The notes: generated by a model from the sequence alone, not told the origin. Positions 1-9,827 are shown, counted from the first letter of the stretch. The stretch is 64,000 bases of DNA from Candidatus Woesebacteria bacterium (GCA_035450165.1 DAOTMI010000003.1:217-64216); one strand, 5' to 3'. Program-made: numbers and translations.

Positions 1-1036
1 TTCGCAGAGCTTTAGCCTCAATCTGACGAATCCTCTCTCGAGTGACATTAAAAATCTTGCCAACTTCTTCAAGAGTTTTAGGAGTTTCCCCCATTAGACC
101 AAAACGCAGAGATAAAACCTTCATCTCCCGTTCATCCAAAGTTTTAATCACCTCCTCCACCGATTCCCGCAACAATTCCTTGCTGGTTTCTTCATATGGC
201 GATAATTGGGTGGTGTCTTCAATAAAATCACCCAAAAAGGAATCTTCGTCGTCGCCTACTGGGGTTGATAATGAAGTTGTATCTTGGGAAATCCGATAAA
301 TTTCTTCCACCTTGGATGTCGGCAGATCAACTTCCTTGGCAATCTGCTCAACAGTCGGTTCTTTGCTCAATTTCTGAGTTAAAGCCCGGGTAGCTTTGTA
401 AACTTTATTAATCGTTTCCACCATATGGACCGGAATTCGGATTGTTTTCGCCTGATCAGCGATCGCCCGGGTAATTGCCTGACGAATCCACCAGGTAGCA
501 TAAGTGGAAAACTTAAAACCCCGCCGCCAGTCAAACTTTTCTACCGCCCGCATTAATCCTTGATTACCTTCCTGAACTAAATCCAAAAAAGACAATCCTC
601 GACCAATATACTTTTTAGCGATAGACACAACTAATCTTAAATTGGCATTAATTAAAGCTTCGCGGGCTTTATGAGAGCCTTTTTCAATTTCCTTGGCCAA
701 AGCCACTTCTTCATCAAAAACCAACAAATCAATTTTCCCGATTTCCTTTAAATACATTCTAACCGAATCGACATTGCCTTTTTGACTTAAAAGAGCCAGT
801 AATTCGGAGGAACTTGATTTATCAGCTTCGATAGCTAAGGCTTGTTTGGACTCGATTTTATCAAAAATATCAATACCTTTATCAAAAAGAAAATTAAATA
901 AATCATCAACTTCTTTCAAATATTTTTCCGGTTCGGGAATCAGAGCCAAAATTTCATCATTAGTCAAATAATGAAGCTTTTTAGCCTGACGGACTAAATT
1001 CTGCTTAATTTTAGAAAAATCTAAGGACGCCGGCAT
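1..1036 (-). CDS. rpoD: RNA polymerase primary sigma factor (3' end runs off the window; absent from the ORF track)
   Basis: My minus-strand translation from ATG at 1036 gives [20 protein letters not shown]..., then [41 protein letters not shown] and [32 protein letters not shown]. It follows dnaG, the usual synteny. Confidence 0.95.
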   Translation of the reverse strand, partial: MPASLDFSKIKQNLVRQAKKLHYLTNDEILALIPEPEKYLKEVDDLFNFLFDKGIDIFDKIESKQALAIEADKSSSSELLALLSQKGNVDSVRMYLKEIGKIDLLVFDEEVALAKEIEKGSHKAREALINANLRLVVSIAKKYIGRGLSFLDLVQEGNQGLMRAVEKFDWRRGFKFSTYATWWIRQAITRAIADQAKTIRIPVHMVETINKVYKATRALTQKLSKEPTVEQIAKEVDLPTSKVEEIYRISQDTTSLSTPVGDDEDSFLGDFIEDTTQLSPYEETSKELLRESVEEVIKTLDEREMKVLSLRFGLMGETPKTLEEVGKIFNVTRERIRQIEAKALR

Positions 1037-2811
1037 TGTAATTGCGATAGTTTAACTAAGAGCTTATTATACTTTATTTCTAAGGTTTTTTGGCGGTTAT
1101 CCGGGTCATTCTTTTCCAACTGGGTGATCTCGGCCGCTAATTGACGTAATTGTTCCTTAACTTCTATAATTGTTAATTGATTAATTAATTTTTTAATTTC
1201 CAAATTAAGCCGATAAGTATCGAAATCGAAATTATGTGATTCCAAATAAACGTTTTGGAAAACACCGGTCAGTTCAGAGGAAAGTTGAGACTGAAAAGTG
1301 GCTGGGGAATATTTATCAACGACCAATAGCTTCTCTAGTAAACTCCGAAAACGCCGGGTGGTAAACTGATATTGTTTAGAAACCCGCCGGGCAACTAGTC
1401 GGGGGGATTTGGTCAGCAGGATTAAGGCGAGTAATCTTTCTTCCAGTTTTTCTTTTAAATTAGTTTGACTGATGTCCGCCGGCCGGTGGACATCAATCGC
1501 GGAAGTGGTAACAGGTAAAGTTGAAAGCGACAGCCGTTTCTGAAATTCCTGAAAAACAGCCTCCGGTTCGGAATTTAAAACATCGGCTAATTTTTTTAAA
1601 TAATCCGAACGAATGACTGTATTGCTTATTTTGGCAATAACAGGCAGAGAAAGGTCTAAAACTTGTTTTTTACCCCTAACCGAATCGACACCATAAAGTT
1701 TAACCGCCCAATTAATCACGAAATCACCGACAGATAAACAGTGGGCCAGTCGGTCTTGAAAAAAGGCTAAATCGCCTCTGACTGCCTCGTCGGGATCTTT
1801 AAATCTAGGAGAAAGGTCTAAAACCTTCAAGTCGAAACCCATTTTATCGGCCAGTTCAATACTACGTAAAATCGCGGTATTACCTGCAAAATCCGTATCG
1901 AGGGCTAAAATAAGGGTGTCGCTGAACCGATAAAGCAGCCGCAATTGATCTTCAGTAAAAGCTGTCCCTTTGACCGCTACTCCGTTTTTAATACCGGCCT
2001 GATAAGGCGAAATCATATCAAACTCACCTTCGGTAACTAAACAGGTCCGGGTTTGTCGAATAAAATTCTGGCTTAAGTTAAGACCATAAACCAATTCACT
2101 TTTGTGATAAATTTCAGTTTCCGGCGAATTAATATATTTGGCCTGATCCTGGGCGGCGCCGGGTAGAATTCGGCCGGAAAAACCACAAATCTCGCCCCGG
2201 TGATTAAATAAAGGAAAAATAAGACGATTTTTAAACCGATTATAAAGGCTATTGCTTTGACCTCGCAGAAAACAGCCGCCATCCACTAAATCCTGGTCAG
2301 TAAACCCCTTTTTTCTTAAAAAATGGATTAATAAATTATCATCCGCCGGGGCAAAGCCTAAAACAAATTCTTTCATGGTTTTAACCGCTATCTGTCGATC
2401 TTTTAAATATTTTAAACAATTTCTTCCTAAAGGATGGGATAAAAGGATATAGTGAAAGAAAATAGCGGTCTCTTTATTTAACCATAAAAGATGCTGGCGC
2501 CGGCGGCCGGCCTTATCAAATCCGACCCCGCTGGTCAGAGTTACTCCGGCCATTTTAGCTGCGGTTTCCAAGGCCTCTCTAAAATCGATTTTTTCAAATT
2601 CCTGTAAAAAGGTAAATAAATCCCCTCCTTTGCCGCAGCCAAAACATTTAAAAATCTGAAGCTCGGGAGAAACAATAAAAGAAGGCGTTTTTTCCTGATG
2701 AAAAGGGCAACAGGTAACAAAATGACGGCCGCGCTTTTTTAGGGGAACAAAATGACTAATTACCTTGACAATATCAAGCTTTTTCTTGATTTCTTCGACT
2801 TGATTCTCCAC
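1021..2811 (-). CDS. dnaG: DNA primase
   Basis: CHC2 zinc finger CPFH...[25 protein letters not shown]...LDTD. Confidence 0.97.
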   Translation of the reverse strand: MENQVEEIKKKLDIVKVISHFVPLKKRGRHFVTCCPFHQEKTPSFIVSPELQIFKCFGCGKGGDLFTFLQEFEKIDFREALETAAKMAGVTLTSGVGFDKAGRRRQHLLWLNKETAIFFHYILLSHPLGRNCLKYLKDRQIAVKTMKEFVLGFAPADDNLLIHFLRKKGFTDQDLVDGGCFLRGQSNSLYNRFKNRLIFPLFNHRGEICGFSGRILPGAAQDQAKYINSPETEIYHKSELVYGLNLSQNFIRQTRTCLVTEGEFDMISPYQAGIKNGVAVKGTAFTEDQLRLLYRFSDTLILALDTDFAGNTAILRSIELADKMGFDLKVLDLSPRFKDPDEAVRGDLAFFQDRLAHCLSVGDFVINWAVKLYGVDSVRGKKQVLDLSLPVIAKISNTVIRSDYLKKLADVLNSEPEAVFQEFQKRLSLSTLPVTTSAIDVHRPADISQTNLKEKLEERLLALILLTKSPRLVARRVSKQYQFTTRRFRSLLEKLLVVDKYSPATFQSQLSSELTGVFQNVYLESHNFDFDTYRLNLEIKKLINQLTIIEVKEQLRQLAAEITQLEKNDPDNRQKTLEIKYNKLLVKLSQLQCRRP

Positions 2812-3815
2812 TGGCTTAGTTTAACACGAATGATAATCAGAGCTGAGATAAAAACACTAACTGAACCAGTAAAGGCAATTATTTTAACAAAAGAAAACTT
2901 AAACAGAGACAGGGTTAAAATTGGTATTAAAAATGACAACAGTAAAGAATGATCAGGTGAAAACCGAAAATCATGAAGAAAAACCTCTTCTAAACTAGTT
3001 AAAAAATTAAGACAGCCTTTAAAGGTTAACAAAATACCCAAAATAGCACTAATTTGACCTAATTTAGAACTAACTTTAAACAAGCCGCTCACCGTATCGG
3101 CGCTTAAATAAGAACCAGACAAAAGAATAACTGCTATAGTAAAAAGACCATAAGTTAAGGCCGCTAAAAGAGTTCCTAAGGCAGTTGCCCAGATTAGTTT
3201 AATTTTTTTATCTTTATCCTTGCTTAAAAGGCGTTCTACATCAGGGATAATTACAAAACCGGTCAGAGCAAAAACCAACGGTCCTAAAAAGGCATAATTA
3301 GATGATGGTAGAGTAAAATTAAAAGGAACTTTCAAAGAAGCGGCAAAAAGAAACAGGACAATTACCAATCCTGTTAATGGAATATAATGAGTGATTTTCC
3401 CAACTAGTCGGGAACCTTTAGCATGAAAAGCACCTAAAAAAGCAAGAAAAATTAATTGGCAAATTAGGAATGGTGAATTAGATAGGAGTAATTGAATAAA
3501 ACCGGTCCCGAGTTGAACATAAGCCGCCATTGCCCCCAAACCCAAAATTAACATATTGGCCAGAGCTAAAAAACCCCAAAACCGGCCAAGATAAATCCGG
3601 GCATAGCCGGGCAATTGATGATGACCAGAAGTATCCAAAATAATACTGACATAAAGACGGTCAAGAATAATCATCCCCAAAGTAATTATTACCAGTCCCA
3701 ATAAGGCGAAATAGAAATTAGACTGATAAAAAAGGAGAGGGAGAACAAAAATTCCCGCTCCAACAATACCGCTATAACGTTCTAAAACCGCTTTAATAAA
3801 ATTTGAGTCTATCAT
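2760..3815 (-). CDS. Aromatic amino acid (Trp/Tyr)/amino-acid permease family membrane protein
   Basis: GIVGAGIFVLP motif near the N-terminus; about 10-11 hydrophobic segments. Confidence 0.75.
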   Translation of the reverse strand: MIDSNFIKAVLERYSGIVGAGIFVLPLLFYQSNFYFALLGLVIITLGMIILDRLYVSIILDTSGHHQLPGYARIYLGRFWGFLALANMLILGLGAMAAYVQLGTGFIQLLLSNSPFLICQLIFLAFLGAFHAKGSRLVGKITHYIPLTGLVIVLFLFAASLKVPFNFTLPSSNYAFLGPLVFALTGFVIIPDVERLLSKDKDKKIKLIWATALGTLLAALTYGLFTIAVILLSGSYLSADTVSGLFKVSSKLGQISAILGILLTFKGCLNFLTSLEEVFLHDFRFSPDHSLLLSFLIPILTLSLFKFSFVKIIAFTGSVSVFISALIIIRVKLSQWRIKSKKSRKSLILSR

Positions 3816-4798
3816 TGACGGCGATTAACGACAAAATCGATAACCTGGGCTAACTGATCGCGGTAAGGCTGATGGACAAGAAAGGTTAATTCTTGATTAA
3901 AAATTTTTTTGGCCTTATTGGCAAATTTATTGGCCAAAGAATAGGCAAATTCCAAACTACCAGCCTTTTTTATCCTCTCCAGAAGAAAATTGATTTCTTC
4001 TTTGGTTTTTTCCTCCCGGGATTTAGATAAAATAGATAAAAGTTTTGAATCTTTATCTTTCCGGAGTAAATCAACCAAAATAACTGTCCGTTTACCCTCA
4101 TAGAGATCATTCCCGATTTGTTTTTTTTGACCGCCGAAATCGGAAGTTAAATCAAGATAATCGTCAATAATTTGATAAGATTTTCCCAAATATAGGCCAA
4201 ATTTGTAGAGAATTTGGAGTTGTTGGGGGGTAGCTCCGGCTAAAATCGCTCCTAATCTCATTGGTCCGGCAATAGTGTAATAACAGGTTTTTGACTCAAT
4301 AATCCGATAAACATCTTTCAAATTTAAATTAAAATTTTGATCTCGAATCCACTTAAGTTCAATTGTCTGACCCAACAAAGTTAGATTAAGAATACGACTA
4401 AACTCATCAAAAATTGTCGCATTTTTTAAACGGTAAATTAATTGCCAGTTGAGAGCCTGGAGAGTATCGCCGGCATTAATTGCCAAAGGGATGCCAAAAC
4501 GGCGATGAAGGGCTGGCGCCCCGCGGCGTTCTAAAGAATCGTCTTCAATATCATCATGGTTTAAAATCCAATCTTCAGAAATCTGGATAGCAGCAGCAGT
4601 AGCAATGGCCGCTGGCCGGTGAGGATCAAAACCCATAGCTCCAGCTGTGATTAAAACCAACGATGGCCGGAGATATTTCCCCTTCCTCCGGGGATAATCC
4701 ATGGTAATTTCCTGGTGAAAGCCCGAGGGTAAATTTTCCGATAAAAAATTTTCTATAAAGGGCCAGACCACCGCCTGATAACTATTTAGTAAATCCAT
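3812..4798 (-). CDS. Polyprenyl diphosphate synthase (FPP/GGPP synthase family)
   Basis: GKYLRP; first Asp-rich motif HDDIEDDSLERRG; second motif QIIDDYLD. Confidence 0.92.
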   Translation of the reverse strand: MDLLNSYQAVVWPFIENFLSENLPSGFHQEITMDYPRRKGKYLRPSLVLITAGAMGFDPHRPAAIATAAAIQISEDWILNHDDIEDDSLERRGAPALHRRFGIPLAINAGDTLQALNWQLIYRLKNATIFDEFSRILNLTLLGQTIELKWIRDQNFNLNLKDVYRIIESKTCYYTIAGPMRLGAILAGATPQQLQILYKFGLYLGKSYQIIDDYLDLTSDFGGQKKQIGNDLYEGKRTVILVDLLRKDKDSKLLSILSKSREEKTKEEINFLLERIKKAGSLEFAYSLANKFANKAKKIFNQELTFLVHQPYRDQLAQVIDFVVNRRQ

Positions 4799-4825
4799 AA
4801 ATTATTATATACTGGAATAAGAAAT

Positions 4826-5167
4826 ATGTTGGAAAATAAAGAAAGATTACCAGTAACTACGCCGGAGCAATTGCCTCAGCCGCGGAAAACTTCAAAAGAA
4901 GTTATTGAAACCATAGAAAGAAAGGTTTTTGTCCCCAAGGAGGTTAAACCTTGGCTGGAAAAAATTGAGGAGGAGGAAAACCCAATTATACCAACGGTGT
5001 TACCGACCAGCCAGAAACCATATCTTAAGACAGTTTTACCCATAAGTAAGGAGGTTTTCCTAAAAGGCCTAAATCAAAAGGTCAGTGATGCCGGGCACTG
5101 GTTAGCCACTTTTGTTCTCAGAATAATTAAGATTAAAGGAGGTAGGGTCCAGTTCCAAGAAAAATAA
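4826..5167 (+). CDS. Hypothetical protein, likely co-transcribed with the downstream ATPase
   Basis: 113-aa ORF ending 2 nt before the next ATG. Confidence 0.65.
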   Translation: MLENKERLPVTTPEQLPQPRKTSKEVIETIERKVFVPKEVKPWLEKIEEEENPIIPTVLPTSQKPYLKTVLPISKEVFLKGLNQKVSDAGHWLATFVLRIIKIKGGRVQFQEK

Positions 5168-5169
5168 TT

Positions 5170-7497
5170 ATGGAAATTCTGATCGATTGGCTTTGGCAAC
5201 TGGGAACAATCATTGCCGTTATTGCGGCTATTATTCTTTTGCTGGCCCTAGCCCTTTTTATTCTAATTATTTGGTGGCGGTCCAAAGATCGGGAAAAGGA
5301 ATCTCTTAAAATGGTTACTCTGCAGGTAGCAGTCCCTCAGGATAATGAAGTTAAAATCGACGCTATGGAACAAATTATTGCCACTTTTTCCAGCTTGCGT
5401 CAAAGCGGCCGCTTCAAATGGATGGAAAAATTTATCTATCAACCGGTAGTTTCTTTAGAAATAATCGGCACCAATAAGGATATTCGTTTTTATGTCTGTG
5501 TTCCGGAAAAGTACCGCGACCTAATTGAGAAACAGATTTTTGGTGTTTTCAATGGGGGCGATATTCAGGTAGTAGAAGAACCCAATATTTATACTGAAAA
5601 CGGCAAGGTTGAATATGCCTGGCTTGGATTAAAAAAAAGCCCATACTATCCATTAAAAACATACAAAGAGCTGGCAGTTGACCCACTGGCTGCCCTTACT
5701 TCGGCCTTATCAAAATTAAGCGAAAACGAAACGGCAATCATCCAACTAGTTATTTCTCCGGCTGACGGCCGCTGGGCCAAGGCCGGTCGCAGTTTTCTCA
5801 GTAGCACCAAAAAAAGCGAGGCTAATCCGGAAAAAGCCTCGTTTAAGATTGATGCCAAACAAATGGAGGCAATCGAAAACAAGATTGGTAAACAAGGTTT
5901 TGAAACTGCTATTAGAATTGTCTCAATTGCCCCTACAGCCGAAATTGCCAAGGTAAATATCGGTAATATCAAATCCTGCTTTACTCAATTTGAATCTCCC
6001 TACAACAAATTAACCAAAAAACCAATTCGGTTGAAAAATTTATTCATGCAGAATTTTATCTATAAATACCCAGTAATTTTCTGGCCGAAAGTACCGACTA
6101 TTTTGTCATCGGATGAAATAGCCTCCATTTTTCACTTTCCCAATAAAACCATAGAAACTCCTAATATTTTTTGGTTAAAATCAAGAAAGGCACCGGCACC
6201 AGCTGATACTCCCCTTAGTGGTATTTATATTGGTGATAATATTTACCGGGGAATTACCAAAAAATTTTATATGGGAGATATTGACCGCCAACGGCACTTT
6301 TATATTGTTGGTCAAACTGGTGTTGGTAAATCATGGCTTTTGGCCGATATGGCTCTCCAAGATATTAAGGCGGGTAAAGGAGTCTGTTTTATCGATCCTC
6401 ATGATACTTTTGAAAGCATTCTAGAAAGAATTCCGCCAGAACGGGCTGATGATGTTATCTATTTTGACCCCTCCAACACCGAGCGGCCAATGGGCTTCAA
6501 TGTCATGGAATGTGACAACGATGAACAAAAAGACTTTGTCACCTCTTCTATTATTAATCTGATGTATAAGCTTTACGATCCTTATAAAACTGGTATTGTC
6601 GGCCCCCGTTTTGAACACGCCATTAGAAATATCATGCTGACCGTAATGACGGAACCCGGGGCCACTTTTATTGAAGTCGTTCGTTGTTTAACTGATCCTG
6701 ATTATGTTCAGGAAATACTTCCTAAAGTAAAAGATCCAATGGTTAGGCGTTATTGGACTGATCAAATTGCCCAGACATCAGATTTTCATAAGTCGGAAGT
6801 TCTAGATTATATTGTTTCTAAATTTGGCCGCTTCGTTACTAACACGATGATGAGAAATATTATTGGTCAATCAAAATCGGCTTTTAATTTCCGCCAAGCT
6901 ATGGATGAAGGTAAAGTTTTAATTATTAACCTAGCTAAAGGAACTATTGGTGAAGAAAATTCATCTTTTTTGGGTTTGGTTTTAATTCCCAAGATTCTTA
7001 TCGCGGCTATGTCACGCCAGAATATTCCCGAAGAACAAAGGCGCGATTTTTATCTTTATGTTGATGAGTTTCAAAACTTTGCTACCCAAGATTTCGCCGT
7101 TATTCTTTCGGAAGCCCGAAAATACCATCTTAATCTTATCGTTGCCAACCAATTCATCTCCCAAATGGAGGATGAAGTTAAAAACGCTGTTTTTGGCAAC
7201 GTCGGCACTATCTGCAGTTTCCGACTAGGTATTGCCGACGCAAATTTTCTCCAAAAACAATATGCCCCAGTTTTTTCAGAAAAAGACCTGCTTAATTTAG
7301 GTACAGCCGAAACCTACCTAAAAACCCAGATTAATGGCGTTCCCCAAGATCCATTTTCAGTTAAAATTGCCGCTCTAGAGAGAAAGGCACCGGGTAATCC
7401 CAAATTGGCTGAAGATTTGAAAAAAATATCATCTCTAAAATATGGGGTAGCTCGGGAAATAGTTGAAAGTGAAATCGCTAAACGAGCCAGGTTATAG
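5170..7497 (+). CDS. Membrane-anchored VirD4/TraG/HerA-like P-loop ATPase (type IV coupling-protein-like)
   Basis: N-terminal TM helix; Walker A GQTGVGKS; FIDPH; Walker B LYVDEFQNF; EARKY..L.VANQ motif. Confidence 0.85.
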   Translation: MEILIDWLWQLGTIIAVIAAIILLLALALFILIIWWRSKDREKESLKMVTLQVAVPQDNEVKIDAMEQIIATFSSLRQSGRFKWMEKFIYQPVVSLEIIGTNKDIRFYVCVPEKYRDLIEKQIFGVFNGGDIQVVEEPNIYTENGKVEYAWLGLKKSPYYPLKTYKELAVDPLAALTSALSKLSENETAIIQLVISPADGRWAKAGRSFLSSTKKSEANPEKASFKIDAKQMEAIENKIGKQGFETAIRIVSIAPTAEIAKVNIGNIKSCFTQFESPYNKLTKKPIRLKNLFMQNFIYKYPVIFWPKVPTILSSDEIASIFHFPNKTIETPNIFWLKSRKAPAPADTPLSGIYIGDNIYRGITKKFYMGDIDRQRHFYIVGQTGVGKSWLLADMALQDIKAGKGVCFIDPHDTFESILERIPPERADDVIYFDPSNTERPMGFNVMECDNDEQKDFVTSSIINLMYKLYDPYKTGIVGPRFEHAIRNIMLTVMTEPGATFIEVVRCLTDPDYVQEILPKVKDPMVRRYWTDQIAQTSDFHKSEVLDYIVSKFGRFVTNTMMRNIIGQSKSAFNFRQAMDEGKVLIINLAKGTIGEENSSFLGLVLIPKILIAAMSRQNIPEEQRRDFYLYVDEFQNFATQDFAVILSEARKYHLNLIVANQFISQMEDEVKNAVFGNVGTICSFRLGIADANFLQKQYAPVFSEKDLLNLGTAETYLKTQINGVPQDPFSVKIAALERKAPGNPKLAEDLKKISSLKYGVAREIVESEIAKRARL

Positions 7498-8361
7498 TTC
7501 CTTCAAATGAATACCTTTACTTTCCTCTTTAGAATCGATTAATTCCAAGTATTTTTCGGTAGTAGAAATCCGTTTGTGACCGGCTACTTGAGAGACAACA
7601 TCAATCGGTACTCCCGATTTTAACTGAAAAGCAATAAAAGTACTTCTCAAATCATTAACTTTTACTCCCTCCAAATCAGCCTTCTCAAAATAACGGTTAA
7701 GCAAACTTCGGATATTTCTAGCCAAAAGAGCTCGGCCAGACTTAGTCACAAAAACATTTTTCGACTTAGTTTCATAGCGGCCGCCTTCCAAGTAGCGTTT
7801 AATGGCTAATTTAGCTGAATTATTTAAAGGTACTTTTCGTTCACCATGACTCTCATAGCTCTCAATTATTAACTCGTTATCTTTGATATTATCCATCTTC
7901 AAATTTTCAATCTCTTTAATTCTTAAGCCGGCTTGAAGCATTAATTCCACCACTGCTGTTGCTCGAACATCATTCCGACAGGCATCACGAAGAGAACGAT
8001 ATTCAATCGGCTTTAAAATCCGGGGTAAATCATTCTCGTATTTAGGATGTTTAATCTCCGCTGAAGGGTTTTGGCTAATAATTCCCTGCTCAATCAAAAA
8101 ATTAAAAAAATTCTTAATAGAATTCAATTTTCGACTAATTGATTTAGCCGTATAATTGTTTTTAGCCAAATCATCCTTAAAACTATTAATATGGTCGGGG
8201 GTAACTGCCTTAGGATCGCTGATATGCAATTGGGCTTCTAAAAAGTTAACTAATTGGTTAATATCTCCCTTGTAGGCTATAATTGTATTGGTCGATTTGC
8301 CTTTCTTTCCTAGAGATAAGGCAAACATATTGAGTGCCTGAAGCAGGTTAGTTTCGGCCAT
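7492..8361 (-). CDS. XerC/XerD-family tyrosine recombinase
   Basis: N-terminal SAM-like domain (NTIIAYKGDI, SISRKLNSIKNFF); GLRIKE; NDLR; AGHKRISTTEKY. Confidence 0.9.
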   Translation of the reverse strand: MAETNLLQALNMFALSLGKKGKSTNTIIAYKGDINQLVNFLEAQLHISDPKAVTPDHINSFKDDLAKNNYTAKSISRKLNSIKNFFNFLIEQGIISQNPSAEIKHPKYENDLPRILKPIEYRSLRDACRNDVRATAVVELMLQAGLRIKEIENLKMDNIKDNELIIESYESHGERKVPLNNSAKLAIKRYLEGGRYETKSKNVFVTKSGRALLARNIRSLLNRYFEKADLEGVKVNDLRSTFIAFQLKSGVPIDVVSQVAGHKRISTTEKYLELIDSKEESKGIHLKEL

Positions 8362-8404
8362 AATAGCTTATAGTAACATATCTTAGGACAAAATTCAAAT
8401 TTTT

Positions 8405-8620
8405 ATGAGATATTGGAAAACAATAATTTTAAACCTAATCTTAGCCTATATAGGCATAACGGCTATAATTAATATCATTAATCAATATAATCTTCTAAAA
8501 GGAGCAAAAAAAAGAAACAGTCAATTACAGGAACAAATTACCAAACTAATCCAAGAAAATGAAGAATTAAAACTTAAAATTAAGCAGGTTAACGGTGAGA
8601 CCTCGGCCAGCACCAAATAA
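8405..8620 (+). CDS. Small TM plus coiled-coil protein (FtsB/DivIC septum-formation-initiator-like)
   Basis: N-terminal TM followed by heptad coiled coil LQEQITKLIQENEELKLKI. Confidence 0.5.
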   Translation: MRYWKTIILNLILAYIGITAIINIINQYNLLKGAKKRNSQLQEQITKLIQENEELKLKIKQVNGETSASTK

Positions 8621-8662
8621 ACAAAGACTGAATCTATTGAATTGCTTCACCACTGTCCAAAA

Positions 8663-8694
8663 ATGTAGAGACGCGCAATTGCGCGTCTCTACAT
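8663..8694. repeat. Perfect 32-bp palindrome, GTAG-type REP-like element
   Basis: ATGTAGAGACGCGCAATTGCGCGTCTCTACAT equals its own reverse complement. Confidence 0.8.
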
Positions 8695-8756
8695 AAAAAC
8701 CCCGTTTGTTTACTAGTCAAAAAAAGTATGTTAGAATGGAAAGCTTTGCTCCAACA

Positions 8757-8826
8757 TGCGGGGTAGTGTACGGTTGCACGTGAGGCTCATAATCTCGCAG
8801 GCTAGGTTCAACTCCCAGCCCCGCAA
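8757..8826 (+). tRNA. tRNA-Met(CAT), initiator-like
   Basis: Acceptor TGCGGGG/CCCCGCA; anticodon loop CTCATAA; T-loop TTCAACT; CCA not encoded. Confidence 0.85.
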
Positions 8827-8831
8827 CACAC

Positions 8832-8864
8832 AAAGAGGCTCTCATTAGTTTGAGGGCTTTTTTG
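8832..8864 (+). terminator. Intrinsic terminator after tRNA-Met
   Basis: AGGCTCTCA-loop-TGAGGGCTT hairpin followed by a T tract. Confidence 0.65.
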
Positions 8865-8871
8865 TTAAGAC

Positions 8872-9213
8872 TTAACAAGTTAAATGGAAAAGGCCAATTA
8901 CTTTCTTTTTAATCTTTAAAGCTTGATTAAAAATTTCAACAGCTTGGCCTGTTTTAGCAATAACGATATCTATTCCCACCCGGCTAATTCGATCTTTTAC
9001 CACCGGCTTAACTTTGGCAACTCCAGCTGCTCCAGTACCAATAACAATCAATTCCGGCTTGGCTGTAATTGCCGCTTTAATATCTTGAGTTCCAATGACA
9101 TGACTCACAGACCGTCGCCACGGTAAAACCTCACCACTCCATTTAACCAGAATATCTTCACTCACTAGCCTCCCGTCAATAACCATCAAACCAAAGGAAT
9201 AGCTGTCAATCAT
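8872..9213 (-). CDS. Mth938-like (DUF498) domain protein
   Basis: IDSYSFG..., PELIVIGTG..G, T..AVEIFN, C-terminal FHLTC. Confidence 0.85.
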   Translation of the reverse strand: MIDSYSFGLMVIDGRLVSEDILVKWSGEVLPWRRSVSHVIGTQDIKAAITAKPELIVIGTGAAGVAKVKPVVKDRISRVGIDIVIAKTGQAVEIFNQALKIKKKVIGLFHLTC

Positions 9214-9476
9214 TAAAGGAGATAAATTTTATCTCCTTTTTCGACTTTCTGAACCACTTTCATTCCGATCACCTGACCGGCTTCAACTTTGTCTGTTCTC
9301 TGATGCTCGGTTTCCATCGATTCTACCGTTTGGGTAAAATCGGTCTTTCCCCCATCACTTTTAATATGGATGGTTTGACCAATTTCAATCGGCGCCAGAG
9401 CTTTAACAACGGCTACTCCTATTTTATCGTAATAATGGGTAATTTCACCCACTAATCTCTCTTCTTTTACCTCCAT
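9213..9476 (-). CDS. Small beta-barrel protein (translation-elongation-factor-like / U32 peptidase C-terminal-like)
   Basis: VGEITHYYDKIGVAVV...FTQTVESME...GMKV; start moved to the ATG at 9476. Confidence 0.7.
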   Translation of the reverse strand: MEVKEERLVGEITHYYDKIGVAVVKALAPIEIGQTIHIKSDGGKTDFTQTVESMETEHQRTDKVEAGQVIGMKVVQKVEKGDKIYLL

Positions 9477-9563
9477 GATTAAGTATAACACAAATAATTC
9501 AAACCTGTTAATTGAGGGTAAAACAGAGTATTTTAAAACTCTTTGTTATAATAAACAGGTCAC

Positions 9564-9637
9564 GGCAGGGTAGCTCAGTTGGTTAGAGCGTAGCATTCAT
9601 AACGCTAAGGTCGTGGGTTCAATTCCCGCCCCTGCTA
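9564..9637 (+). tRNA. tRNA with CAT anticodon (elongator Met most likely; Ile2 not excluded)
   Basis: GGCAGGG/CCCTGCT acceptor; AGCTCAGTTGGTTAGAGC D-arm; loop TTCATAA; GGTTCAATTCC; upstream TGnTATAAT at 9544-9552. Confidence 0.88.
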
Positions 9638-9711
9638 CACGGTTTAATTTAAAATTTAAAATTCTTAATAAGAGTATTGAAAAATTGGATTTTAAAAATT
9701 GAAAATTAAAT

Positions 9712-9785
9712 GGATGTGTAGCTCAGTTGGTCAGAGCATCGATCTTATACATCGAGGGTCCGTGGTTCGACTCCACGCACATCCA
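9712..9785 (+). tRNA. tRNA-Ile(TAT)
   Basis: GGATGTG/CACATCC acceptor; anticodon arm TCGAT-CTTATAC-ATCGA; T-arm CGTGG-TTCGACT-CCACG. Confidence 0.9.
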
Positions 9786-9827
9786 CTAAATACAAACCAG
9801 AACAAACAAACACTACATCCAGCCCTG

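Noticed and set aside
42-299. 85-aa plus-strand ORF
   Set aside because: It is an antisense shadow of rpoD, which occupies the minus strand here.
5170-8826. Integrative conjugative element made of the ATPase, recombinase and tRNA
   Set aside because: No relaxase, VirB4 or direct repeat of a tRNA end was found, and composition matches the flanking core genes.
9699-9827. N-terminal extension of the DUF559 ORF
   Set aside because: It runs through a well-formed tRNA-Ile, so it is unlikely to be translated.
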